Shown in pieces: positions 1-9,202 of a stretch of DNA of 64,000 nucleotides. Source of the stretch: Gemmatimonas sp. (GTDB lineage Bacteria > Gemmatimonadota > Gemmatimonadetes > Gemmatimonadales > Gemmatimonadaceae). Every line of letters starts with the position of its first letter. Position 1 is the first letter of the stretch. The DNA is taken from NCBI GenBank assembly GCA_965279375.1, contig OZ257156.1, positions 4,000,001 through 4,064,000 of the forward strand, written 5' to 3'. The position numbers and the translations under genes are program-made. Under the pieces are notes generated by a model, which did not search any database, was not told the origin of the DNA, and saw only the letters and a list, made by a program, of their open reading frames with translations.

Positions 1-383
1 AGCGTCAGCGACAACGGGAGCTTGATGTCCGCGCCGGCGCGCGGTCCCGACTGGCGACGACCGCCGCCACCGCCGAAGAGGTCGCCGAATCCGCCGAAGT
101 CGCGCATGAAAATATTGAGCGCGTCCGAGAGATCGACGTGTTCGTACGCGGCCTGCCCACCGCCACGCAAACCCGCTTCCCCGTAGCGATCGAACGCGGC
201 GCGCTTCTGCGGATCGCGCAACACATCGTACGCTTCGGTGATCGTCTTGAACTTCTCTTCCGCTTCCTTGGATCCACCGTTGCGATCAGGGTGCCACTGC
301 ATCGCAAGGCGGCGGTACGACTGCTTGATGTCGTCGTCGGAAGCATCGCGCGGCACACCGAGCACCGCGTAAAAGTCGGCCAT
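1..383 (-). CDS. dnaJ: Chaperone DnaJ, N-terminal part (runs off the window)
   Basis: Own translation from ATG 383: [35 protein letters not shown]...[29 protein letters not shown]-domain with HPD motif, then a G/F-rich region; lies downstream of hrcA. Not in the ORF track because it is truncated. Confidence 0.95.
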   Translation of the reverse strand, partial: MADFYAVLGVPRDASDDDIKQSYRRLAMQWHPDRNGGSKEAEEKFKTITEAYDVLRDPQKRAAFDRYGEAGLRGGGQAAYEHVDLSDALNIFMRDFGGFGDLFGGGGGRRQSGPRAGADIKLPLSLT

Positions 384-443
384 GTCGAAATATCCCGTGA
401 AAGCGCGACCTCGCGGCCACGCCGGACTGGCGACGGTTTCCCG

Positions 444-1487
444 TCAGCAGAGCAAATCAGAAACGAGCTGTGAAGTATGTCCCACCAGCGCAATCACCTT
501 CTCGTACGGCATACGCGTGGGACCGATGACGCCAATCACCCCACTCAGCGATCCGGCCGAATACTCGGCGGTCACGACAGTGAACGGCTCGAGTCGCGGA
601 TCGCCGTGTTCGTTGCCGATGGTGATCGACATCCCGTTCGCACCGGGACGCACCTCGAGTAAAGTAGCGAGTTGCTGTCGGGTTTCCGTCAACTCGATCA
701 GTCGCCGAAGACTCTCTCCGGTGGCAAACTCCGGCTGTTCGGCTAGGAGCGAGGGCTGGGCGATGACCACGGTGTCGATCGGCTCCGCCGCCCGCCCGAA
801 AACCTGCTCCCCCTCCTGCACGAAGATGTTGAGCAGCTCGGCGCTCGATGGCCCCGCCTGCACATCGCGCAGACGCGCCGCGAGGGACGTGCGCACCTGA
901 TCCAGCGTCAGCCCGGCGAGCCGTTCGTTCAGTACGATCGTCACCTCGACCAGGGCCTCATCGGCGACGATGCCCGGCACTTCGACGAAGATCGTGCGCA
1001 CCGCGCCGCCCGTCAGGCCCAGCACCATCAGCAACCGATCCGACGAGACGCGCACCAGTTCAACCTTGCGCAACGTCGCGCGCTCGAGGCGCGGCCCAAT
1101 CGCGACACCCAGCTCCTGCGTAAGTACGCCAAGCGACTGGGCGGCGCGACGCAGAATGGTCTCGATCGCCGATCCGCCCGACGAGATCTGCTCGGCGAGT
1201 GTGCGCTGCTCTTCGCGCGAGATCGGGTCCACTCGAATGAGCGAGTCTACGTAGACGCGATACGCCTTGTCGGTGGGGACACGCCCCGCTGACGTGTGCG
1301 GATGGAAGAGGAATCCCTTCTCCTCCAGATCGCTCATCGTGTTGCGGATGGTCGCCGGAGAAATGCCGAGTCCGAATCGGCGCGAGAGGGTGCGCGATCC
1401 GGCCGGCTCGGCGGTGGCCACGTAGCTCTGGATCACTGCTTCGAGGACCTGGCGTTCCCGCTCGGTCAATTCGCCCCTGCGCGTCAT
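444..1487 (-). CDS. hrcA: Heat-inducible transcription repressor HrcA
   Basis: LTERERQVLEAVIQSYVATAEPAGSRTL, SPATIRNTMSDLEEKGFLFHPHTSAGRVPTDKAYR and GVIGPTRMPY motifs. Confidence 0.97.
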   Translation of the reverse strand: MTRRGELTERERQVLEAVIQSYVATAEPAGSRTLSRRFGLGISPATIRNTMSDLEEKGFLFHPHTSAGRVPTDKAYRVYVDSLIRVDPISREEQRTLAEQISSGGSAIETILRRAAQSLGVLTQELGVAIGPRLERATLRKVELVRVSSDRLLMVLGLTGGAVRTIFVEVPGIVADEALVEVTIVLNERLAGLTLDQVRTSLAARLRDVQAGPSSAELLNIFVQEGEQVFGRAAEPIDTVVIAQPSLLAEQPEFATGESLRRLIELTETRQQLATLLEVRPGANGMSITIGNEHGDPRLEPFTVVTAEYSAGSLSGVIGVIGPTRMPYEKVIALVGHTSQLVSDLLC

Positions 1488-1494
1488 AAGTCGA

Positions 1495-1524
1495 ACGCTA
1501 CGAACGACTTCGGAGCGCTGTCAA
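1495..1524 (-). promoter_or_regulatory. Putative sigma70 promoter for hrcA (probably leaderless)
   Basis: Minus strand TTGACA-18 nt-TAGCGT, then 7 nt to the hrcA ATG; overlaps the 3' end of hemW. Confidence 0.55.
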
Positions 1525-2634
1525 GTCGGCCGCCAAGGCATCCAGCCGAAGCCAGCCCGCAGCGGTGCACCGCAGATGAGTCTCCGATCCCGCGTCCGTC
1601 CACTCCACCCACGCTGCCTCCAGCCAAGGCTGAACATGCTGCCGTTCCGCGGGCGTGACAGTGAGCCCGTCCCGCGTCCGCAATCCGAGGTATACCGCTT
1701 CTGCCGAGCGATTCTCCGCCGTCAGGTGCTCCGAGCCATCCACCGGATCGGTCCCAGAGAGTACCGTCGCGCGCCATCCAGCGTACGCGGAGACGTTCCA
1801 GCGGCGCGTCCGGCCATCGAAACCGTGCGCCGACGGCCCTACACCAAGGTAGGGCACGGCGCGCCAATACGCGCTGTTGTGGCGCGCTCGATGACCCGCC
1901 TGCGCGAAGTTCGACACCTCGTAGTGTTCGAATCCGGCCGCCGTTAGTCGCCGGTGCGCGTCGAGAAACTCGAGCTCGTAGCGATCCTCCGAGGTCTCGC
2001 GCACCTCGCCACGCGCGTGCCAGCGCCCCAGTGGTGTGTGCGGCTCGACGGTGAGCCCATAGAGCGACAGATGCGTGGGCGCGAACGCCAGCATGAGGTC
2101 CAAATCACGCGTCCAGTCGCGCTCCAACGCATCGGGCACGGCGAAGATCAGATCGAGCGAAAAGTTCGGCAGGCCGCCATCGCGCGCCATCTCTACCGCC
2201 CGTCTCGCGGTGCCCGCGTCGTGCACGCGATGCATCCAGCGCAACACGCGATCGTCGAAGCTCTGCACACCGATCGAAAGCCGATTCACTCCGGCCGCAC
2301 GCCAAGCCTGTACAGCCTCTTCGGTGAAGTCCTCGGGATTCGCTTCGAGCGTCACTTCGGCATTCGGCGCGAGCGTCAGATGCTCCCGAATGCCGTCGAG
2401 GAGCGAGCGCACGCCGTCGGCTCCCAGTCGTGAGGGCGTACCACCACCCAGATACAGGGTGTCCAGCGGGGCGCATTCCGAAGTGGCATTCCGCTGCACC
2501 AACTCGCGCACCACCGACTGCGCGAACTCAGTCGCTGGCACGTTGCGACGCACCGCGATGGAGAAGTCACAGTAGGAGCAGCGCCGAGCGCAGAACGGCA
2601 CGTGCACGTACAGGTGGCGATATGAGACTACCAT
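1498..2634 (-). CDS. hemW: Radical SAM heme chaperone HemW (HemN-like)
   Basis: HLYVHVPFCARRCSYCDF, LYLGGGTPS, EVTLEANPE, RLSIGVQSF, YEVSNFA, HNSAYW, YLGVGPSAHG. Start set at ATG 2634, overlapping the dprA stop. Confidence 0.93.
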   Translation of the reverse strand: MVVSYRHLYVHVPFCARRCSYCDFSIAVRRNVPATEFAQSVVRELVQRNATSECAPLDTLYLGGGTPSRLGADGVRSLLDGIREHLTLAPNAEVTLEANPEDFTEEAVQAWRAAGVNRLSIGVQSFDDRVLRWMHRVHDAGTARRAVEMARDGGLPNFSLDLIFAVPDALERDWTRDLDLMLAFAPTHLSLYGLTVEPHTPLGRWHARGEVRETSEDRYELEFLDAHRRLTAAGFEHYEVSNFAQAGHRARHNSAYWRAVPYLGVGPSAHGFDGRTRRWNVSAYAGWRATVLSGTDPVDGSEHLTAENRSAEAVYLGLRTRDGLTVTPAERQHVQPWLEAAWVEWTDAGSETHLRCTAAGWLRLDALAADLTALRSRS

Positions 2635-3689
2635 CCGCGGCGTTCCACTGTCGAGCGCACCACGCCACCCGGTTCCGTGATCACCAGCCCCTCCAGTTCG
2701 AGCAGGCTGACGGCTGCCGCTACAACGCGCGGTCCGAGTTGCGCGCGCTGTCCGATCGACGACAGGTCGTTGGCCCCGTCGCGAATCGCGCTCCAGCAGG
2801 TTGCCGCAGTGCCGTCGAGAATCGGCGCTGGTGTGGGCGTGGCGCGAACGTCGATCAAGGCCAGTACATCGTCGGGAGACAGAACGGGTGCTGCGCCTTC
2901 CTTGAGCAGCGCGTTGCTCCCCTCTGCGCTCGCCGCATCGATCGCATTGGGGACGCACGCCACGGTTCGGCCGAGGTCGAGCGCGCACTCCGCGGTGATG
3001 AGTGCGCCGCTCTGACGTCCTGCTTCGACGACTACGGTCACGTCGGCCAACGCTGCAATCAGCCGATTCCTGCGCGGAAACGTGCCGGCATGTCCCGAGA
3101 CTCCCGGCGCCAGTTCACTCACAAGCAAACCGTCGGTGGCGATACGCTCCTGCAGCGCGCGATGATGACGCGGGAACGCGACGTCCACGCCGGTGCCAAG
3201 TACGGCAACGGTTCGACCGCCGGCGCGCAGCGCGGCCTCATGCGCCGCGCCGTCGATACCGCGCGCGAGGCCGCTGATGACCGCCACGCCAGCGTTCGCG
3301 CACGCAGTCGCGATCGCGCGCGCAACGCGCAGGCCGTACGAGCTCGCCTCTCGCGTGCCGACAATAGCGACGGCCGGCGGCGCCGCCACGGGCAGACGGC
3401 CACGCACGAATACCACTGCGGGCGGGTCATGCAATTCCAGCAGCCGCGCCGGAAACTCGGTGTCCGTGCGGCTCAATGTGCGCGCGTGGCAGGCGTCCGC
3501 GCGCGCCAGCACGATATCGGCTGTGCGCAACGCGGCTTCCACGACGACGCTCGATTCGGTCGAGAGCGCCCGTTGCGCGGAACCTGCCTGTGCGAGTTTC
3601 CGGGCCAGCGACACATCACCCACCCCCGGCATGCTGCGTAGCGCGAGAATGGCGCGCGTCTCCTCCCGATCAGGGGAGGACGTCGGCAT
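2628..3689 (-). CDS. dprA: DNA-processing protein DprA (Smf)
   Basis: DPPAVVFVRG, VAIVGTR, ISGLARGIDGAAH, FPRRNRLIAAL, VVVEAGRQSGALITA; C-terminal winged helix. Start at ATG 3689. Confidence 0.95.
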   Translation of the reverse strand: MPTSSPDREETRAILALRSMPGVGDVSLARKLAQAGSAQRALSTESSVVVEAALRTADIVLARADACHARTLSRTDTEFPARLLELHDPPAVVFVRGRLPVAAPPAVAIVGTREASSYGLRVARAIATACANAGVAVISGLARGIDGAAHEAALRAGGRTVAVLGTGVDVAFPRHHRALQERIATDGLLVSELAPGVSGHAGTFPRRNRLIAALADVTVVVEAGRQSGALITAECALDLGRTVACVPNAIDAASAEGSNALLKEGAAPVLSPDDVLALIDVRATPTPAPILDGTAATCWSAIRDGANDLSSIGQRAQLGPRVVAAAVSLLELEGLVITEPGGVVRSTVERRGW

Positions 3690-4692
3690 CCGGGTCCGGC
3701 TTCTTCTCGACGGCGCGCAACGCCAGCAGCTCGCGCCACCACGCATCGAGCAGCACGTCGAGCCCCATGCGACCTGGTGCGCTGATCGAGAACTTTCCGA
3801 AAGCGCCGGGCGCCTCGATGTCCGGGACGTAGTGCTCGCCGAGCAAATCGAGTTTGCTGAACACAACGCAGTACGGCTTCGCCGCAAGCTCCGCAGAATG
3901 CTCAGCGATTTCGTGGCGTAGCTGATCGAGCTCCTTCTGCCAGTCTTCAGACTCGATGGGAATGAGGAACGCGAGGATTCGCGTGCGCTCGATGTGTCGC
4001 AGGAACTGGAGTCCGAGTCCCTTGCCTTCATGCGCGCCTTCGATGATGCCCGGAATGTCGGCCACGACGAACGACCGATGGTCGCTGAGGGGCACCACGC
4101 CGAGGTTGGGCGAGAGCGTCGTGAAGGGATAGTTGGCGATCTTGGGGCGCGCGGCGGAAATGACAGATAGCAGCGTGCTCTTGCCCGCGTTTGGCTGACC
4201 GACGAGTCCGATGTCGGCGATCAGTTTGAGCTCCAGCTCGAGCTCGCGCGCTTCGCCCTCTTCGCCCGGCTGCCATTCGCGTGGCGCCTGGTGCGTGGCC
4301 GTCACGAAGAACGCGTTCCCCTTGCCGCCGCGTCCGCCCTTGGCGATCACGAACGAGTCCGATGGCTCGAGAATCTCGCAGAGGATCTCCTGCGTCGACG
4401 CATCGCGGATCACCGTGCCCTGAGGCACGGGGAGGATGATGTCTTCGCCCGAGCGTCCCGTGCGCAGCTGACCGCCGCCATGCTCGCCCCGCTCCGCGCG
4501 CCACGCGTCGCGATACGTGAAGTCGAGGAGCGTCGTGAGATTGCGGTCGGCGCGAACGATCACATCGCCGCCACGCCCACCGTCGCCGCCATCGGGGCCA
4601 CCCATCGGATAGAACTTCTCGCGACGGAAGGAGGTCTGGCCGGAACCACCCGTGCCTGCTTCTACTCGGACTTTGACGCGATCGACGAACAT
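3670..4692 (-). CDS. obgE: GTPase ObgE/CgtA
   Basis: MFVDRVKVRVEAGTGG, GGPDGGDGGRGG, GLVGQPNAGKST, YPFTTL, DIPG, GLGLQFLRHIER. Confidence 0.98.
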   Translation of the reverse strand: MFVDRVKVRVEAGTGGSGQTSFRREKFYPMGGPDGGDGGRGGDVIVRADRNLTTLLDFTYRDAWRAERGEHGGGQLRTGRSGEDIILPVPQGTVIRDASTQEILCEILEPSDSFVIAKGGRGGKGNAFFVTATHQAPREWQPGEEGEARELELELKLIADIGLVGQPNAGKSTLLSVISAARPKIANYPFTTLSPNLGVVPLSDHRSFVVADIPGIIEGAHEGKGLGLQFLRHIERTRILAFLIPIESEDWQKELDQLRHEIAEHSAELAAKPYCVVFSKLDLLGEHYVPDIEAPGAFGKFSISAPGRMGLDVLLDAWWRELLALRAVEKKPDPDADVLP

Positions 4693-4809
4693 GAGACTCT
4701 GCGCTTTCTGAAAGGCGGTTTGCACCGCGACGACGAACACCCGCAAATGGGACCGAACGACGAACTGCCGATCGGCGTACAGCGACACCGTTTTCCTGTG
4801 TTCTCCTGA

Positions 4810-5538
4810 CTACTTCCCCTGCACGCGCGCCCACAGCCCCTGATAGCGGCGCATGTCTTCCGCACCGATGAGCTCCGCGATGCACTCCAGCGCCGCGCTC
4901 ACCACAGACGGTGCCGCGCCTGCATTCATCGCGCCATGCAGATGCGAGTGGAGCTGGCGATCCTGCCGCGCGATCGCGCACGCGGCCACCACGCACAACT
5001 CGCGACGCGGAAGGTCCAGCTGCGGACGGCCGAGCACTTTGCCGTAGCCGTCCGCGATCATCCACGTGTCCAGCGCTGGATGCAGCCCACGAATGTTCTT
5101 CCGCAACGGCTCGTAGAACACGCCGTATACGGTGGCGCACGTCGCCTCGCCGCGCGCCGTCCAGTCGGTCGAATCCGACTCCAGACTTTCGTCAGCAGTC
5201 GGCGCCTCTCGTCCGGAGATGCGTCGCCACTCGCGAGCCGCGTTGAGTGCGCGAGGAAATCCGGCAAACAGATACGTCTGCAGGATGACCTCTTCGACCC
5301 ACACCGGATCCACGACTCGAAACGCTCGCGACAATCCTGCGCGCACTTCGCCCTCGGAACCGCCGGCGAGCAACGCCGCCAAATGGACGAGCATCGCCGT
5401 CGATTCATCGAGCGCATGCAACGTGTAGCGTGAGGCCTTGTCGGCCGTCACCGAAACCGCGCTCGCTGGTTCCAATCCATTCGCTCCGGACGCGTCGGCC
5501 ACCGCGTTGTTCATCGGTCTGCTCACCTGACGACTCAT
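4810..5538 (-). CDS. Carboxymuconolactone decarboxylase/AhpD-fold protein
   Basis: EEVILQTYLFAGFPRALNA, YGKVLGRPQLDLPRRELCVVAA, QLHSHLHGAMNAG. ATGA overlap with the asparaginase stop. Confidence 0.8.
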   Translation of the reverse strand: MSRQVSRPMNNAVADASGANGLEPASAVSVTADKASRYTLHALDESTAMLVHLAALLAGGSEGEVRAGLSRAFRVVDPVWVEEVILQTYLFAGFPRALNAAREWRRISGREAPTADESLESDSTDWTARGEATCATVYGVFYEPLRKNIRGLHPALDTWMIADGYGKVLGRPQLDLPRRELCVVAACAIARQDRQLHSHLHGAMNAGAAPSVVSAALECIAELIGAEDMRRYQGLWARVQGK

Positions 5539-6617
5539 CGCATTCCTCCGATGGGCGTCGGGCCAATAGAGAAGTCGCCGACCGCTTCCCCTCGAGTATT
5601 GCGCACCACGCCGGGGGCAAATTCGAGCACGGCGGACGGCCACGCCGCAGGCGCAACGCCCAAGTGCTCCAAGACGGCGAGCACTGCGTGATACTGCGCG
5701 CGCTGCGTTCCGTCTTCGGCCTTGATGGCGATGCCGATGCTCTCCTCGACCAAACCGACCGTGTGCACCCCTTCCGCGCCGATCTTGCAGATCAGCCGAC
5801 CGTCGAAGCACTCCATCAACGCGGTATCGAACCGGTCGCTGCCACCCACGAGAAACGGATTTCCGGTCATCGCCGCCACGATACGCGCCGGCGCGTCCAC
5901 GCCGCGCCGCGCTGCGTCGACCAAGCGCGCGTACGACAGCGCCATATGCGACAGCGGCAACCCGAACACGGTGACGCCGCATCCGTCGACCGCGAGCGCG
6001 ATCGACTCTGCGTCGATCCGTGCCCACGCCGAGATCGTCTCCAACGCCGCCCGTTGCACCGCATGCTCCGCGCGCTCGTATCCGCGCGTCGGCCAACGCT
6101 GCAGCACCGCGCGCGCCAACATCGCCGAATGCTTTCCGGAGCAGTTGTTGTGCAGTCGTGTGACGCGCTGCCCTGACTCCCGGAGCAGGCGGCTGCCGCG
6201 GGCCGCCATCGGCTCGTGCGGGCCACAGGCGAGATCGCCTTCCTCGAGTCCGACCGCCGCCAACATTGCTGCGGCAAGTGCGACGTGCTCGGGTTCGCCG
6301 CCATGCGAGGCGCAGGCCAGCGCGAGCTCGTCGGGCCCCCAGCTCAGCGTTTCGAAACCGCCGTCCTCGAGCAGGGGCATGACTTGGAACGGCTTGGCGC
6401 AGGAGCGCCACCAAGTGCGCACGTGCGGATCACGCGCCGCATGGGTCAGCGTGCCGTCAGCAGTCACCACGGCCGCGTGCACACGATGCCGCGACTCGAT
6501 CAGCGGGCCGCGGCTCACGAGCAGATCGAGGTCGAGTGACGCGCGCGCCGCCCCGAACGCAATCGGCGTACGGTCGGCGGCCGGCAGCGATGTGGTGGGG
6601 CGTGGAGTGCTGGACAC
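5535..6617 (-). CDS. L-asparaginase II family protein (Rhizobium AnsA/class 3 type)
   Basis: RGPLIESRHRVHA, RSCAKPFQ, CASHGGE, HNNCSGKH, DGCG, KIGAEGV, KAEDG motifs. Confidence 0.9.
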   Translation of the reverse strand: MSSTPRPTTSLPAADRTPIAFGAARASLDLDLLVSRGPLIESRHRVHAAVVTADGTLTHAARDPHVRTWWRSCAKPFQVMPLLEDGGFETLSWGPDELALACASHGGEPEHVALAAAMLAAVGLEEGDLACGPHEPMAARGSRLLRESGQRVTRLHNNCSGKHSAMLARAVLQRWPTRGYERAEHAVQRAALETISAWARIDAESIALAVDGCGVTVFGLPLSHMALSYARLVDAARRGVDAPARIVAAMTGNPFLVGGSDRFDTALMECFDGRLICKIGAEGVHTVGLVEESIGIAIKAEDGTQRAQYHAVLAVLEHLGVAPAAWPSAVLEFAPGVVRNTRGEAVGDFSIGPTPIGGMR

Positions 6618-6685
6618 CCGAGGAAGATAACCGCACAGCGGTGATGAGCGGTGACGAAGGGGCTCCGCCCCTACGCCGCCCGCCC

Positions 6686-7654
6686 CTAACGACGGGCCGT
6701 TCGGAGCACTCCGGCCAGCACCAGCGCCCCACCGACCAGTGTACCCACCCCCGGCACTTCGTGGATTCCGGGGAGTATGGCCGCCAGCGCCGTCGCGCCG
6801 ATAGGCTCGCCCAGCGTCGTCAGGTTCACCACGTAGGCCGGCAGATGTCCCAGCGCCCAGTTCATCCCCGTGTGGCCGAGGAGGGTTGGTCCCAGCGCGA
6901 GTCCGGCGAAAATCGCGATGTCACGCGGCGGCTGCGGGTACAGCACCATACCGGAAAGCAGCGCGACCGAACTGCAGACGAGGAACGCCGCGCCGTAGAC
7001 CAGGGCGACATACGGCCACAGCGCCAAGGCTTGACGCACCCGTCGGCCGATGAGGAAGTACAGCGCGCCGGTTACCGCCCCCACACAGGCCAACAGGTCG
7101 CCCAGCAGCGCCCGGGAACGTGCCGCGTCGGCGGTCGCATCGGCGCCCGCACCGGAGGTGAGCGCCTGCACGATGCCCGCGGGTCCGCCGGGAACGTCCG
7201 CCAGCCCGACCACCAGAGCGCCGATCACGGCAATCGCGATCCCCTGCCATTGGCGACGGGTCGGCGGTTCACCCAGCCAGCGCGCAGACACAGCCGCGAT
7301 GATCACCGGCTGCAAGTTGACCAGCGAGACGGACGCCGCGACGCTCGTGTACTGGAGCGACACGTTCCAGCTCCAGAAGTGCACCGCGAGAAAGACTCCG
7401 GCGGCGAGCGTCAACCCGACGTCTCGCACACTGAGTTTGCGCCAGGCGCGCCATTCGCCGCCAATCACCAGCGCGCCGGCGATGACCACCAACGCAAACC
7501 CCAGTCGCCACGCTGCGATCACCAGCCCCGGTGCGCTCGAGAGCCGCGTGAGTGGCGCGGCCAGCGAAATGCCGAGCAGCGCAATCAGCAGCACGACGAG
7601 CGGCGAGCGCGTTGGTCGCGTCGTCGAATCTGAAGTCAGGACAGGAGAGGTCAC
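6686..7654 (-). CDS. EamA/DMT family transporter
   Basis: About 10 hydrophobic segments; HFWSWNVSLQYTSVAAS, GDLLA, GHTGMNWAL, LGEPIGATALA. Start at GTG 7654. Confidence 0.9.
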   Translation of the reverse strand: MTSPVLTSDSTTRPTRSPLVVLLIALLGISLAAPLTRLSSAPGLVIAAWRLGFALVVIAGALVIGGEWRAWRKLSVRDVGLTLAAGVFLAVHFWSWNVSLQYTSVAASVSLVNLQPVIIAAVSARWLGEPPTRRQWQGIAIAVIGALVVGLADVPGGPAGIVQALTSGAGADATADAARSRALLGDLLACVGAVTGALYFLIGRRVRQALALWPYVALVYGAAFLVCSSVALLSGMVLYPQPPRDIAIFAGLALGPTLLGHTGMNWALGHLPAYVVNLTTLGEPIGATALAAILPGIHEVPGVGTLVGGALVLAGVLRTARR

Positions 7655-7712
7655 CGCGCCAAAGTAACCCGCTGCTGTTCCCGGGTACACCAAACTCTTA
7701 GCTTGCACCGCC

Positions 7713-8753
7713 ATGACGACCGACACGACGCGTCCTCCCGCGCCCACCATCGCGCGAGACCGACTTGAGGCACTTCTCGCCGAGGCAGCGGACCAACATG
7801 TCGTGATCGTTGGCGACGCGATGCTCGACGTCTATCTGCGGGGAGACGTCGATCGCATCTCCCCGGAAGCTCCGGTGCCCGTGGTCCGCGTGCGAGATCG
7901 CAAGCTGGCCTTGGGCGGCGCGGCCAATGTCGCACAGAACGTCGCGGCCCTCGGCGCCGGCTGCGATCTGGTCGCCATCATCGGCGACGACGTGACTGGT
8001 TCAACGCTGCGTGCGCATCTCGAAGCGGGCGGCATGGAATCGCGTTCACTCGTCGTGGGAGCGCGACCGACCACTACCAAGACGCGAGTGATGGCGCGCT
8101 CGCAGCAGTTGGTGCGGTTCGACGAGGAAGAAGACGCCGACCTCAGCGCGGAGGAGGTGCGACTCGTGCTCGCCGCCATCGAGCGGGCGATGCCGCAGGC
8201 AACCGCGCTCGTGTTCGAGGACTACAACAAGGGCGTGCTGGTGCCCGCGGTCATCGAAGGCGCCATCACGATGGCTGCAAAGCGCGGCATTCCCATCGTC
8301 GTCGATCCAAAGTTCCGCAATTTCTTCGCGTACCGCGGTGCGACCGTGTTCAAGCCGAATCGTCGAGAGCTCGAAAGCGCACTCGGCGCCGCGGTCGATC
8401 TCGACCATCCCGCCGCACTGCCAACCACCTTCGAACGACTCGGCGTCGCTCACCTGCTGCTCACGTTGGGCGAGCGGGGCATGGCGCTCATTTCGTCTGA
8501 CGCCGTGGTCCATCGCGTACCCACCACGGCCCGCGAGGTCTATGACGTCGTTGGCGCGGGCGACACCGTCACCGCGTACCTCGCGACGATGCTCGCCGCC
8601 GGAGCCACCGCGCTGGAAGCCGCGATCGTGGCCAACTACGCGGCTGGCGTCGAAGTCGGAAAGCTGGGGGCCGCCACCGTCTCGCCTGCGGAGGTGCTGG
8701 ATGCGCACGCATCGCACATGGACGCCCTCACCGAGCGTGCGCGCACGCTTTGA
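7713..8753 (+). CDS. rfaE1: D-glycero-beta-D-manno-heptose-7-phosphate kinase (HldA/RfaE1, kinase domain only)
   Basis: VIVGDAMLDVY, RISPEAPVPV, LGGAANVA, DYNKGVL, VDPK, KPNRRE, DVVGAGDTV, ANYAAGVEVGKLG. Confidence 0.93.
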   Translation: MTTDTTRPPAPTIARDRLEALLAEAADQHVVIVGDAMLDVYLRGDVDRISPEAPVPVVRVRDRKLALGGAANVAQNVAALGAGCDLVAIIGDDVTGSTLRAHLEAGGMESRSLVVGARPTTTKTRVMARSQQLVRFDEEEDADLSAEEVRLVLAAIERAMPQATALVFEDYNKGVLVPAVIEGAITMAAKRGIPIVVDPKFRNFFAYRGATVFKPNRRELESALGAAVDLDHPAALPTTFERLGVAHLLLTLGERGMALISSDAVVHRVPTTAREVYDVVGAGDTVTAYLATMLAAGATALEAAIVANYAAGVEVGKLGAATVSPAEVLDAHASHMDALTERARTL

Positions 8754-8779
8754 GCGGCTGAACCGTCGATCACTCCGCG

Positions 8780-8808
8780 TTGCCCTGCCCCAAGCGGAGC
8801 GCCAGATT
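8780..8808 (+). promoter_or_regulatory. Putative promoter for tRNA-CAU
   Basis: TTGCCC-17 nt-CAGATT upstream of the tRNA. Confidence 0.35.
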
Positions 8809-8835
8809 GCACCTCGCAGCAAGAAGCATAAAGTC

Positions 8836-8909
8836 GGTCCGGTAGCTTAGTCGGTTAAAGCGCTCGACTCATAATCGAAGGATCGTGGGTTCAAGTCCCA
8901 CCCGGACCA
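8836..8909 (+). tRNA. tRNA with CAU anticodon, probably tRNA-Ile2 (lysidine-modified) rather than Met
   Basis: Cloverleaf: acceptor GGTCCGG/CCGGACC, D arm GCTT/AAGC, anticodon loop CTCATAA, T arm GTGGG-TTCAAGT-CCCAC, discriminator A. C4-G69, C5-G68 and CGACTCATAATCG resemble Ile2. CCA not encoded. Confidence 0.93.
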
Positions 8910-9035
8910 TGCAGGAAGACAGTGCGCTGACGGATGCGTCCAAGGGGCTTCCATCGCTCCTGCGCTACGGTTACGTTTTCCGTCCGCCTTCGAGTTGGGG
9001 ATGGACGAGAACGGCGGTGTAGTTGCTGGACATGC

Positions 9036-9109
9036 GGTCGCGTAGCTCAGCTGGTTAGAGCGCTGCTTTCACACAGCAGAGGTCCGGGGTTCGAGTCCCT
9101 GCGCGACCA
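9036..9109 (+). tRNA. tRNA-Val (CAC)
   Basis: Acceptor GGTCGCG/CGCGACC, anticodon arm CTGCT-TTCACAC-AGCAG, T loop TTCGAGT. CCA not encoded. Confidence 0.96.
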
Positions 9110-9135
9110 CTCGGAGTTTCGATTCACTACATGCG

Positions 9136-9178
9136 CAACGCGGCCCGCAATCTCCTGATTGCGGGCCGCGTTGTTTTT
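9136..9178 (+). terminator. Intrinsic terminator between the convergent tRNA-Val and hflX
   Basis: Perfect 17-bp inverted repeat CAACGCGGCCCGCAATC-TCCT-GATTGCGGGCCGCGTTG followed by TTTTT. Confidence 0.85.
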
Positions 9179-9202
9179 CGTCGGGCGAGTGTTGGGGCGC
9201 GC

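Noticed and set aside
1498..2634. Oxygen-independent coproporphyrinogen III oxidase HemN
   Set aside because: The short N-terminus, HNxxYW motif and hrcA linkage fit HemW.
1498..6414. Long N-terminal extensions in the ORF track for hemW (2988), dprA (4031) and the CMD protein (6414); likewise hutU (53456), gmhA (16289) and tolQ (63377)
   Set aside because: They overlap upstream genes in other frames and lack family similarity; shorter starts give normal stop/start spacing or overlaps.
8836..9200. tRNA-anchored genomic island
   Set aside because: No integrase, no duplicated tRNA 3' end noticed, and housekeeping genes on both flanks.
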